Notes under the pieces: generated by a model | Databases searched by the model: none | Seen by the model: the letters and a program-made list of their open reading frames with translations, nothing else | What the model was told of the DNA's origin: nothing | Translations under genes and position numbers: made by a program | DNA from: Synechocystis sp. PCC 6803 substr. PCC-P | Lineage (GTDB): Bacteria; Cyanobacteriota; Cyanobacteriia; Cyanobacteriales; Microcystaceae | Assembly: GCF_000284455.1 (NCBI RefSeq) | Contig: NC_017039.1 | Coordinates: 3,210,001-3,242,000 of the forward strand | Direction: 5' to 3' | Length of the DNA stretch: 32,000 nt | Shown: positions 1 through 9,078 of the stretch, piece after piece | Position numbering within the stretch: the stretch's first letter is position 1 | How the letters are laid out: every line of letters starts with the position of its first letter

Positions 1-1
1 A

Positions 2-346
2 CAGTCAGGTTCATTCCAGTTTCCCCCCAGCCTTGAAGTTTTCCACTGGCACGGTGAAACCTTTGATTTACCCCCAGGGGCAGAGTTAATTGCCTCCAGC
101 CAAGCTTGTCAGCATCAGGCTTTCCAAATTGGGCGATCGGCGATCGGTCTGCAATGCCATTTGGAAACTACCCCCACAGCGGCCCAGGCTTTAGTAGACA
201 ATTGTGCTGATGAATTGATCCTTGGCCCCTTTGTGCAGGATGCCACCACTATTTTGGCCGATAACCAAGCTAGATTTGCCACCATGGGCGCAGTTCTAGT
301 CCAATTGCTGGAATATCTACACCATCAAGTTATTACCCCTGCCTAA
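2..346 (+). CDS. class I glutamine amidotransferase-like protein, C-terminal part (5' end outside window)
   Basis: The supplied ORF (161..346) is only the part after a TTG. The frame is open from base 2 and reads ...[55 protein letters not shown]..., which has the FHWHGE and GLQCHLE (catalytic His-Glu) motifs of GMP-synthase-like amidotransferases. Confidence 0.8.
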   Translation, partial: QSGSFQFPPSLEVFHWHGETFDLPPGAELIASSQACQHQAFQIGRSAIGLQCHLETTPTAAQALVDNCADELILGPFVQDATTILADNQARFATMGAVLVQLLEYLHHQVITPA

Positions 347-425
347 TCCCCTGGCTCCCAATCCCTAGAAGCGGAGAATATGGCACAATCTAGGGAGAAT
401 ACTACGGTAACAACACCATCTCCCC

Positions 426-1022
426 ATGATTCCAACCGTCATTGAAACGTCTGGGCGTGGCGATCGCGCCTTTGATATTTATTCCCGCCTACTCCGGGAG
501 CGGATTGTCTTCCTGGGGCAAGAAGTCCGGGATGAGAACGCCAATTTAGTTGTTGCCCAACTGCTGTTTTTGGAAGCGGAAGATCCGGAAAAAGACATTT
601 ATCTTTACATCAACTCCCCCGGAGGCTCGGTGTCGGCAGGACTAGGAATTTTCGACACCATGAACCAGATCCGCCCCGATGTGTGTACCATCTGCATCGG
701 TTTAGCGGCCAGCATGGGGGCTTTTCTCCTTAGTGCTGGAGCCAAAGGTAAGCGCATGAGTTTGCCCAACTCCCGCATCATGATTCACCAACCCCTAGGG
801 GGAGCCCAGGGCCAAGCCACGGATATTGAAATTCAAGCCAAAGAGATTCTTTATCTTAAAGCACTACTTAACCAACATTTGGCCAACCACACTGGCAAAT
901 CCCTAGAGGAAATTACCGCCGATACGGAACGGGATTTCTTTATGTCCGCTGAGGAATCGAAGGAATATGGCTTGATTGACCAGGTAATTAACCGTCGTCC
1001 TTCCGCCAGTGACCCTATTTAA
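426..1022 (+). CDS. clpP: ATP-dependent Clp protease proteolytic subunit
   Basis: 198 aa with [15 protein letters not shown] (catalytic Ser), and [23 protein letters not shown] (catalytic His region). Confidence 0.97.
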   Translation: MIPTVIETSGRGDRAFDIYSRLLRERIVFLGQEVRDENANLVVAQLLFLEAEDPEKDIYLYINSPGGSVSAGLGIFDTMNQIRPDVCTICIGLAASMGAFLLSAGAKGKRMSLPNSRIMIHQPLGGAQGQATDIEIQAKEILYLKALLNQHLANHTGKSLEEITADTERDFFMSAEESKEYGLIDQVINRRPSASDPI

Positions 1023-1099
1023 CCGCTGTATTAGCTCCCCAATAGCTGTTACAAATTGACCCGACCATAAAACTTTCCCAATTCCCTTCCTGACTGTCC

Positions 1100-2338
1100 G
1101 TGAACATTACTTCCCCTCTTTCTGCCCCTAGTCATCAGTATCCCGACGCCCTGGGTCGTTTTGGCAATTATGGCGGCAAATATGTGCCTGAAACTTTAAT
1201 GCCGGCTCTGACGGAGTTGGAGGAAGCTTACTATCGCTACCGGGCGGAGAGTTCCTTTCAGGAAGAGTTAGCGGGGTTATTAAAAGACTATGTGGGCCGT
1301 TCCTCTCCCCTATATTTTGCGGAAAGATTAAGCGCCCATTACGCCCGTCCCGACGGAACCTATCCTTTGATTTACCTCAAACGAGAAGATTTAAACCATA
1401 CGGGGGCCCACAAAATTAATAACGCCCTGGGCCAGGTTCTCCTTGCCAAACGCATGGGGAAAAAGCGGATCATTGCCGAAACTGGTGCTGGTCAACACGG
1501 GGTGGCAACGGCTACGGTGTGTGCTCGCTTTGGCTTGGAATGCATCATCTACATGGGGGTGCAGGATATGGAGCGGCAAAAGCTGAATGTCTTTCGCATG
1601 AATTTGCTGGGGGCCAGGGTGCAACCAGTCACAGCGGGCACTGGAACCCTCAAGGATGCTACCTCTGAAGCAATCCGGGATTGGGTCACCAATGTGGAAA
1701 CTACCCATTACATTCTTGGCTCTGTGGCCGGACCCCATCCTTACCCCATGATGGTGCGGGACTTCCACCGGGTCATTGGCCAGGAAACTCGCCAACAGGC
1801 ATTGAAAAAATGGGGCGGTCTGCCGGATATCTTGCTGGCTTGTGTGGGGGGCGGCTCCAACGCCATGGGGCTGTTCTACGATTTCATTGATGAGCCAGCA
1901 GTGCGGTTAATTGGTATCGAAGCGGCAGGGGAAAGCATTGTCTCCGGTAAGCATGCGGCCACTTTAACCATGGGTAAACCGGGGGTGTTACATGGGGCCA
2001 TGAGTTATTTACTCCAGGATAAGGAGGGTCAAGTAACGGAAGCCCATTCCATTAGTGCTGGTTTAGATTATCCCGGTGTGGGCCCAGAACATAGCTATCT
2101 CAAGGATGCGGGACGGGCAGAATATTACAGTGTCACCGACCAAGAGGCGATCACCGCTTTGCAGAGATTATCGCAATTGGAAGGAATTATTCCTGCTCTG
2201 GAAACTGCCCATGCCTTTGCCTACCTAGAGACTCTCTGCCCGCAACTGAAAAATGGCGAGCGGATTGTGATCAACTGCTCCGGCCGCGGGGATAAGGACG
2301 TACAAACGGTGGCTAAATATCTCCAGATGGAAATTTAA
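1100..2338 (+). CDS. trpB: tryptophan synthase beta subunit
   Basis: 412 aa, GTG start. Has the PLP-lysine motif [14 protein letters not shown] and GGGSNAMG, ending in [10 protein letters not shown]. Confidence 0.98.
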   Translation: MNITSPLSAPSHQYPDALGRFGNYGGKYVPETLMPALTELEEAYYRYRAESSFQEELAGLLKDYVGRSSPLYFAERLSAHYARPDGTYPLIYLKREDLNHTGAHKINNALGQVLLAKRMGKKRIIAETGAGQHGVATATVCARFGLECIIYMGVQDMERQKLNVFRMNLLGARVQPVTAGTGTLKDATSEAIRDWVTNVETTHYILGSVAGPHPYPMMVRDFHRVIGQETRQQALKKWGGLPDILLACVGGGSNAMGLFYDFIDEPAVRLIGIEAAGESIVSGKHAATLTMGKPGVLHGAMSYLLQDKEGQVTEAHSISAGLDYPGVGPEHSYLKDAGRAEYYSVTDQEAITALQRLSQLEGIIPALETAHAFAYLETLCPQLKNGERIVINCSGRGDKDVQTVAKYLQMEI

Positions 2339-2408
2339 CCGGTCAAATTTTCCTTAAAAGTGGCTTTGACAATGGATTAATTTCCCCAGGCCCAGGGAAA
2401 AAGAATAA

Positions 2409-5381
2409 TTACTCTGCTTCCCCGATTAGGGTAAAAGCGCCCCAATAATAGGGCTCCGGATACTCTTCCTTGAGTTGGAGCATGGCTTGGCGGAGGGCAG
2501 CGGCTTTGCCTAATCCCTGCTGTTGCCATTTTTGGTAAAACTCGGTCATCAGTTTTTCTGTGGAAGCATCATCCACACTCCAGAGGCTAACCAAAATACT
2601 TGGTACCCCCGCCGCAATTAGGGAACGGGAAAGGCCGATTACCCCATCGCCGGTGATTTCTCCCTGGCCTGTGTCACAGGCACTAAGGATGGCAATGTCC
2701 GCATGGAGGGGGTTAGTTTCAAAATGGTCAAAAATCTCCGCCGCTGTGATGCGCCCCGGGGTGCTCAGTAAATCTTCTTTGCTTTGGTCCGGTTCCGCCG
2801 TCAGGTAAATGGCGCTTTCCAAACCGTTTTGCTCGTCAAAGCTGGCATGGGTGGCAAAATGCAACACTTCAGCCCGGGGCATTTGGGCCAAGACCGCTGC
2901 TTCCCTAGCTTGTTTACCGATTAGGGGTTGCACCCCCAACAGTTGACCAATTTGTTTTGCTTCATTAGCGGCATTGGTTAAATTATCGAGGTTATCGGGA
3001 TAGGGGTAGGGATTGCCCACCACTAGGGCCGGGGTCAGATTTAATGCCTGCTGTTTGAGCCGTTGTTTTTGTTGGGCCGTTTGGGCTAGTACCTGGATGG
3101 AAGGGGCCGTGAGGATGGTGTGTTTCTCAATTAAATACTGACCATTACTGTCCTGGAGAGCGGGAAAGGGAATGCCAAATAAGGCTCCCTGAGGAATAAA
3201 AATAATAGGGGCATCGGCATTGTTGGGTAACAGGTCGGCAATGGGGTCGATCAGAATTTGGTGAAGTTGTTGTAGGGAGGCGCTGGCTTCCTGGGCGGTG
3301 CGGCGGGCAATGATATCAGAAGGCGATCGCCTGGTGACGGATTGTCTAGTGGTTTGGAGTAACTGCACAAAATCCACGTCTTGCAAATCTTGGTTGAAGT
3401 CCATCTGGCGGAATTCCATGGTGCCGTTGGGGGCAATGACATAGATGTACAGCTTGATTGGGGAAGCGAGATCCTTGGTGGGAATCAGAGCGTAGGTGAC
3501 CAGGGTACTTTGGCGATCGCCAGCAATTTTTTTCAGGGCGGCAATGGTGGGTTTTTCGGTGGGGATAAAATTAGCATCTCGGGCAAAACGTTTATTGAGC
3601 AGTTCTACTAAGGCCCTGGCCCGGCCCCGTTCAGCAACTTCCAAAGCTACAGCGGGTTCATTTTGGGCAATTAAACTTTCCTGTAAACGAAAATAATTGT
3701 ACAGATAGGTATCAAAGTAGGAAACTTTTAGTTCATCACTTAAATCTTCGCTGTTAATTGATTCAAATAAATCGATAGCTTGGGTTAAAAATAAGGTAGA
3801 TTTGTCATATTTTCTTTGATCAAATTCGACGTAACCAATATTGCTGAGAATGGTTGCTTCTAGCCCCACATTTTTAACTGCTCGACTGAGGGACAAAGCC
3901 TGTTCGTAGTAATTTAATGCCTGGTCATAATCCTCACGGGCATAGTAAATTGTCCCAATATTATTTAAGGTTAAAGCTTCCCCATCCCGGTCTTTAATTT
4001 CCCGACGTAGGACTAACGCTTGTTGATAATAGTCCATGGCTTGATTAAGTTCACCCAAGCCGTCATACACGTAACCAATATTGCTCAAAATTGCTCCTTC
4101 CACCAGGCGATCGCCAGTTTCTTGGGATATTTTTAGGGCTTCTTTGTAGTAGGTTAAAGCTTCATCTTTTTCACCAACACTATCATAGAGCAATGCAATA
4201 TTATTTAGTCGTATCCCTTCCCCAGAGCGATCACCTACCAATCGGGCTAACTCCAAAGCCTGTTGATAATATTCTAGGGCCTGGGCTTTTTGCCCCAATC
4301 CATCTAAAACTAAGGCGATGTTACTAATGACTGAACCTTGGAGGGATTGGTCCCCCACCGCCTCCGCAATGATTAAAGATTCGATGTAATATTGCAGAGC
4401 CTTATCCTTTTCGCCAAAGCCATCGTACACCAAAGCAATGTTATTTAAACGCACTGCTTCCCCCTGGCGATCGCCCACTGAACGGGACATGGTTAGGGCT
4501 TCTTGGTAATATTCCAGTGCCTTCTCCCTTTCTCCTAAGTTGTTATAAGCCAAGCCAATATTGCTGAGGCTAGTGCCGATGGTTTCTAAATCATTGAGGC
4601 TTTTTCCTAAGGCTAGGGCTTCAGCGTAATATTGCAAAGCTTTTTCACTTTCTCCTAAGTTATCGTAGGCTACTCCCAAGTTATTAATGGTGGTCATTTC
4701 TTCGGTTTTGTCGCCAGCTTGACGGATTAAAACCAGAGCCTGTTGATAAAAATCAATGGCTTTTTTTCGATCTGCTAAGGCATTATAAATACTACCAATA
4801 TTATTTAGGGTAGCTCCCTCTAGGGCCTTATCTTGCAACTGTTGGGCCAAGGGAATCGCTTGTTCATAATAGGCCAGAGCTTGGGATTTTTCGCCAAAGT
4901 CAGAATAGATGGTGCCTAAACGATTGAGAGCAAATACTGTTTCCCGATTAACAATGCCTATTTGCCGATAAAATTCCAAACCTTGGGTAAATAATTCGAT
5001 GGCCTGGAGTAAGGATTCCTTTGAACCTTCATCCATCATGGCCTGGGCTTTAATTAAGGATTGATGCCCTTGGATTTCGACTAGTTGGTTAGCATCGGGC
5101 AGAATAATTTGCAGTTTATATTTTCCCGTTACCCCTGATTTATTACTAGTAACCACTACCCCATACCCTTGGGGATCGATTTGATTGATTAAAATCCCCG
5201 CATTAGTGTCATATAAATCATCATTTTCTGCCAACTTATTACCTTCCCCATCCATCAAGATTAAATAAGGATCAAAATCTTGGCTTTCTAGGTAAATTAA
5301 GACGGGCTGATCCGCCGTTAATTTGAGGGGATAAAGGTCAAAAATTACTCCATTGTCCGCACTTAAATCCCCCGCTTCCAA
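2409..5381 (-). CDS. TPR-repeat protein with C-terminal CHAT (caspase-like) domain and N-terminal PPC-like domain
   Basis: 990 aa. Many 40-aa TPR units (e.g. NNIGLAYNNLGEREKALEYYQEAL), then a CHAT region with VLHFATHASF and LSACDTGQGEI (His/Cys dyad). The supplied start is TTG; the frame stays open upstream to a TAG at 5451-5453 (see finding). Confidence 0.93.
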   Translation of the reverse strand: MEAGDLSADNGVIFDLYPLKLTADQPVLIYLESQDFDPYLILMDGEGNKLAENDDLYDTNAGILINQIDPQGYGVVVTSNKSGVTGKYKLQIILPDANQLVEIQGHQSLIKAQAMMDEGSKESLLQAIELFTQGLEFYRQIGIVNRETVFALNRLGTIYSDFGEKSQALAYYEQAIPLAQQLQDKALEGATLNNIGSIYNALADRKKAIDFYQQALVLIRQAGDKTEEMTTINNLGVAYDNLGESEKALQYYAEALALGKSLNDLETIGTSLSNIGLAYNNLGEREKALEYYQEALTMSRSVGDRQGEAVRLNNIALVYDGFGEKDKALQYYIESLIIAEAVGDQSLQGSVISNIALVLDGLGQKAQALEYYQQALELARLVGDRSGEGIRLNNIALLYDSVGEKDEALTYYKEALKISQETGDRLVEGAILSNIGYVYDGLGELNQAMDYYQQALVLRREIKDRDGEALTLNNIGTIYYAREDYDQALNYYEQALSLSRAVKNVGLEATILSNIGYVEFDQRKYDKSTLFLTQAIDLFESINSEDLSDELKVSYFDTYLYNYFRLQESLIAQNEPAVALEVAERGRARALVELLNKRFARDANFIPTEKPTIAALKKIAGDRQSTLVTYALIPTKDLASPIKLYIYVIAPNGTMEFRQMDFNQDLQDVDFVQLLQTTRQSVTRRSPSDIIARRTAQEASASLQQLHQILIDPIADLLPNNADAPIIFIPQGALFGIPFPALQDSNGQYLIEKHTILTAPSIQVLAQTAQQKQRLKQQALNLTPALVVGNPYPYPDNLDNLTNAANEAKQIGQLLGVQPLIGKQAREAAVLAQMPRAEVLHFATHASFDEQNGLESAIYLTAEPDQSKEDLLSTPGRITAAEIFDHFETNPLHADIAILSACDTGQGEITGDGVIGLSRSLIAAGVPSILVSLWSVDDASTEKLMTEFYQKWQQQGLGKAAALRQAMLQLKEEYPEPYYWGAFTLIGEAE
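3770..5050 (-). repeat. tandem ~120-bp TPR-coding repeats (about a dozen units; approximate bounds)
   Basis: Recurring YYQQAL/NNIGxxYxxLGExxxAL modules at ~40-aa spacing in the translated minus-strand ORF. Confidence 0.8.
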
Positions 5382-5682
5382 CTCTCCGACGGCGCTATCA
5401 ATAATTTCTACCTGTTCTTGGCTATAGGCAGGGCAGGAAAGAAAAAAAAACTAAGAATTAATAGCCAAGGGCAGCGCATGGTGGTTTCTCCAGGCAAAAG
5501 TCAGAATTAGTCGAGATCAGCTAGGGGAAGTGAGCAAAAACTATAATTATTAGCTAGTTATTGATAGGCTATTGTTCCTGTTACTGGGCAGTCCCCCAGG
5601 AAAATTCTAGAACATCAAAGTCGTTATGATGATAAACACAACTAATATTCTTGTTGTTTGCCGTTCGCTCTAGATAGCTCCC

Positions 5683-6483
5683 ATGCTTGATTCAAACTCG
5701 TTAGTGATTTACTCCCCGGACAGCAAAGGCGATCGCCAGGATTCCCACCCTAGTGATGCACTACTACGCCTAGAGGGAGTATCAAAAATTTATGGGGCAG
5801 GGCCAACGGAGGTCAGGGCCTTGGCCGATGTTAGTTTGGCGATCGAACGGGGGAGTTACTGCGCCATTATGGGGGCTTCCGGATCGGGGAAATCCACCAT
5901 GATGAATATTATTGGTTGCCTAGACCGTCCTACCCTGGGGCACTATTTTCTTGACGGGGAAGATGTATCCGGTTTGAGTGCCGATCAGTTGGCCAAAATT
6001 CGTAACCGCAAAATTGGCTTTGTTTTTCAGCAATTTTACCTGTTGCCCCAGATGAGCGCCCTGGAAAATGTCATGTTGCCAATGATCTATGCGGGCATAC
6101 CAGCGGAAACCAGGAAGGAAAAGGCCATTGCCGCCTTGGTTAGAGTTGGTCTGAGTCAACGGTTACATAACCGTCCCAATCAATTGTCCGGGGGACAGCA
6201 ACAACGGGTGGCGATCGCCAGGGCCATTGTCAACGAGCCGCTGTTGCTGCTGGCCGACGAACCCACTGGAGCATTGGATTCCCACACCACCGAGGAAGTG
6301 TTAGCCATTTTTGAACAGCTCCATAGCACGGGCATTACCATTGTGGTGGTCACCCACGAAGCTGATGTGGCTAGCCATGGAGAACGAATCATTTCTTTCC
6401 AGGACGGCCAAATTCTCCGGGATCAGATGATTAAAACCATTCCCCACGGGATAGAAGAATTTCGTAACAAAGAGTTGGGATAA
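5683..6483 (+). CDS. ABC transporter ATP-binding protein (LolD/MacB/DevA-like)
   Basis: Walker A GASGSGKSTMMNIIGCLD, signature LSGGQQQRVAIARAI, Walker B LLLADEPTGALD, H-loop VVTHEADVA. Confidence 0.95.
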   Translation: MLDSNSLVIYSPDSKGDRQDSHPSDALLRLEGVSKIYGAGPTEVRALADVSLAIERGSYCAIMGASGSGKSTMMNIIGCLDRPTLGHYFLDGEDVSGLSADQLAKIRNRKIGFVFQQFYLLPQMSALENVMLPMIYAGIPAETRKEKAIAALVRVGLSQRLHNRPNQLSGGQQQRVAIARAIVNEPLLLLADEPTGALDSHTTEEVLAIFEQLHSTGITIVVVTHEADVASHGERIISFQDGQILRDQMIKTIPHGIEEFRNKELG

Positions 6484-6506
6484 TCTGGACTTCTAGCCCA
6501 CACTGG

Positions 6507-6959
6507 CTAAATTGGTCGGTACACCACTGCATAGTCCCCTTCCCGGTTATCCGGCAATAGGAACCCCTTACGACAAAGAACATCAATGGTTTCTTTCACC
6601 TTTTGGGGATCTTCGCCAGTGGCCACAATACATTCACTGACTGTCGCGCCGATCGCCTTGGCGGCACAGGTTTTAATAATCAGCACATCCAGCCGTTCTG
6701 TGGTGTTAACTGGCGGGGGCGTAACTATCGGAGTAGGAGGGGAGGCTAGGTAATGTTTGTGGTTGTAGATGGCATTGAACTTTCTCTCATCCATGGTGCC
6801 AAGGATAATCACATCAATAAACCCCAATATTGTGGGAATACCTGTCCAAGAAAAGATGAGATAGGCTATGCCCGCAAATATATGGCCTAGATAAAATTTA
6901 TGTAGTCCAAAACTGCCAAACAAAAGGGCAAAAATTAGGGCAACAAAGCGATTTTTCAT
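6507..6959 (-). CDS. TM2-domain membrane protein with a C-terminal soluble domain
   Basis: N-terminus FALLFGSFGLHKFYLGHIFAGIAYLIF...IPTILGFIDVIILG is typical of TM2. C-terminal ~70 aa is soluble (IIKTCAAKAIGATVSECIVATGEDPQKVKETIDVLCRKGFLL). Confidence 0.85.
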   Translation of the reverse strand: MKNRFVALIFALLFGSFGLHKFYLGHIFAGIAYLIFSWTGIPTILGFIDVIILGTMDERKFNAIYNHKHYLASPPTPIVTPPPVNTTERLDVLIIKTCAAKAIGATVSECIVATGEDPQKVKETIDVLCRKGFLLPDNREGDYAVVYRPI

Positions 6960-6985
6960 AGCGGCTGGTGAAAGGAAACCGGCAC

Positions 6986-7813
6986 CTACTGACGATGCTC
7001 AACAACAAAAGCGGAATGGGTCCAAGCCCCCCTATTGTCATAGTAACGGATCAGCCTTTGTCGTTCGTTGGGGCGCACCAACCAGCCCACTTCCCCCGAA
7101 AAGGGTTGTCCCAATTGCAGGCGATCGGGGGTGCAAGAAGAAGCGCCGTCTGGTAGTAGTAAAACCTTGCTGGGGTTGGGGCCAAGAAAATGAATCTGAT
7201 CGCCCATCACTTTCCCTTGCATCACTGAAGTTTGTCCTTGCACAGTCACCCGTTGTTCCACGGAATCCCCCGTTTGACTCAGGCTAATTTCCATAGTGCT
7301 CAGTTCCGGTTCTCGCCAGTCGGGGTAGCCAGTATAAACCTGGCATTGCCAAGTGCCCAATAGTTGCTCCACCTTTAATGCTGGTCTTTCCTGGGCATCA
7401 CTCCCCCGGCGAAATTCTCGGATAAACGTCAGGCTAGCTAAGCTTAATCCTTTGTCATACAATTGCACGAATCTCATACGGCGATCGCCATCCACAAAGC
7501 CAAATTCCGCCCCAAACTCACTGAAGGGAGCCAACTGCCATGGCCCTTTGGAAAAAGCACCGGTGCCAAAGAAAATGATTTGTCGCCCTAGGGAACGGTA
7601 ATCCTGGCTATAGTCCTGAGTGGGAGGGTCTTGGTAATCGGGATTATCGTAGCGCCGCAGGCGAAACTTGACTAACTTGTCATCATCCAATCCTTCCAGG
7701 GTGAGTATGGAAGGAGTATTGCTCAATATTTCTCCTTGGGGAGATAAGCGGGTAAAACTGCCCTGCCATTCCCCTAAATTTTTGAGAAAGTTTTCCCAGT
7801 TAGCCATGGTCAT
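6986..7813 (-). CDS. conserved cyanobacterial protein, DUF3598-like
   Basis: Start placed at internal ATG (MTMANWENFLKNLGEWQGSFTRLSP) rather than the ORF-track start at 7852. Family by recall of WENFLKNLGEWQGSFTR and the internal lipocalin-like pattern. Confidence 0.7.
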   Translation of the reverse strand: MTMANWENFLKNLGEWQGSFTRLSPQGEILSNTPSILTLEGLDDDKLVKFRLRRYDNPDYQDPPTQDYSQDYRSLGRQIIFFGTGAFSKGPWQLAPFSEFGAEFGFVDGDRRMRFVQLYDKGLSLASLTFIREFRRGSDAQERPALKVEQLLGTWQCQVYTGYPDWREPELSTMEISLSQTGDSVEQRVTVQGQTSVMQGKVMGDQIHFLGPNPSKVLLLPDGASSCTPDRLQLGQPFSGEVGWLVRPNERQRLIRYYDNRGAWTHSAFVVEHRQ

Positions 7814-7989
7814 TTGCCCTTGTGATTGGTTCCGCTGTTTTCGAACGATCAATTAAACAATTAAAATCATTCTCCCATTTCCCCATCCTCTCCCCTCTGT
7901 GGGCAAGCTTTTCCAGAAATACTGGTTTATCATCGGGGAAAATATGGCTCAGTTTTGCGAGCTAGTTCTAGATTTCTTTCAACCCCCCC

Positions 7990-8934
7990 ATGGAAACTAT
8001 TCGCCTTGGCCCCAACGGCCCCTCCATTGCTCCCCTGGGTTTGGGTACTTGGTCCTGGGGAGACACCCTGTTTTGGGCCTACGGTAAGGACTTTGGCCCG
8101 CAAGAAGTAGAGGGGGCTTTTCATGCTTCCCTGGAGGCCGGAGTTACCTTAATTGACACTGCTGAAATTTATGGTTTTGGGGAATCAGAGCGCCTCATTG
8201 GCCGTTTTTGCCGAGAAAAAACCCAAAAAGTGGAAATTGCGACTAAATACTTTCCCTTGCCATGGCGTTGGCAGCGTTCTGACATCACTAAAGCTTTAAC
8301 TGCCAGTCTGGAACGTTTGCAAATGGACACCATTTGTTTGTATCAAATCCATTGGCCCCTAGAATTTTGGCTCAAAACACCGGATTTCATGGCCGTGTTG
8401 GCCGCCGAGGTCAAAAAGGGTCGTATCCAGGCCGTAGGAGTTAGTAACTATTCCGCCCAGCAAATGGCGATCGCCCACGAATGTTTAGCAGCCCAAGGCA
8501 TTCCCCTCGCTAGCAATCAAGTTCCCTATTCTTTGCTCAACCGGGAGATTGAAAGCAACGGTATTTTGACCCAGGCCCGCCAGCTCAACGTCACTATTTT
8601 GGCCTATAGTCCCCTAGCTCAGGGGCTACTCACCGGCAAATATCGCCCCGAAAATTCTCCCAGTCTCCAGGGTGCCCGCCGTCTTGACCCCCGTTTTAGT
8701 ACCAAAGGATTGCGAAAATTAGCTCCCTTACTTACCCTCTTGGATACCCTGGCAGATAAACATGACAAAACCCCTGCCCAAATTGCCCTCAATTGGCTCA
8801 TAGCCCAAGGAAATGTTATTCCCATTCCGGGGGCAAAAAATGCTTCCCAAGCTCAACAGAATGCCGGAGCCTTGGGGTGGCAGTTAAACCCAGAGGAAAT
8901 TGAACAATTGCGAAGTGCTGCCCAAGGTATTTAA
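7990..8934 (+). CDS. aldo/keto reductase
   Basis: 314 aa. GLGTWSWGD, LIDTAEIYGFGESERLIG, IYQIHWP, GVSNYSAQQM, VIPIPGAKNASQAQQNAGALGW. Confidence 0.95.
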   Translation: METIRLGPNGPSIAPLGLGTWSWGDTLFWAYGKDFGPQEVEGAFHASLEAGVTLIDTAEIYGFGESERLIGRFCREKTQKVEIATKYFPLPWRWQRSDITKALTASLERLQMDTICLYQIHWPLEFWLKTPDFMAVLAAEVKKGRIQAVGVSNYSAQQMAIAHECLAAQGIPLASNQVPYSLLNREIESNGILTQARQLNVTILAYSPLAQGLLTGKYRPENSPSLQGARRLDPRFSTKGLRKLAPLLTLLDTLADKHDKTPAQIALNWLIAQGNVIPIPGAKNASQAQQNAGALGWQLNPEEIEQLRSAAQGI

Positions 8935-9078
8935 CAGGTATTTAAAAATGTGTTGGCAAACCAAGTCTTGACCTTTCTTTTTATTCCCTTAACTGTTCCT
9001 ATTAGACACCAGAAAGCCCTGAAAATTCAACTCAATCCCCCTCAAAACTACTGGCTTAGAAGATTTTTAGAGTAAACT

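Noticed and set aside
1391-1795. 134-aa minus-strand ORF inside trpB
   Set aside because: Shadow ORF antisense to a highly conserved enzyme; low-complexity HP-rich peptide. Same reasoning applies to 15478-15749, 16204-16579, 17794-18099, 24996-25892 and 29577-30576 ORFs on the strand opposite clear genes.
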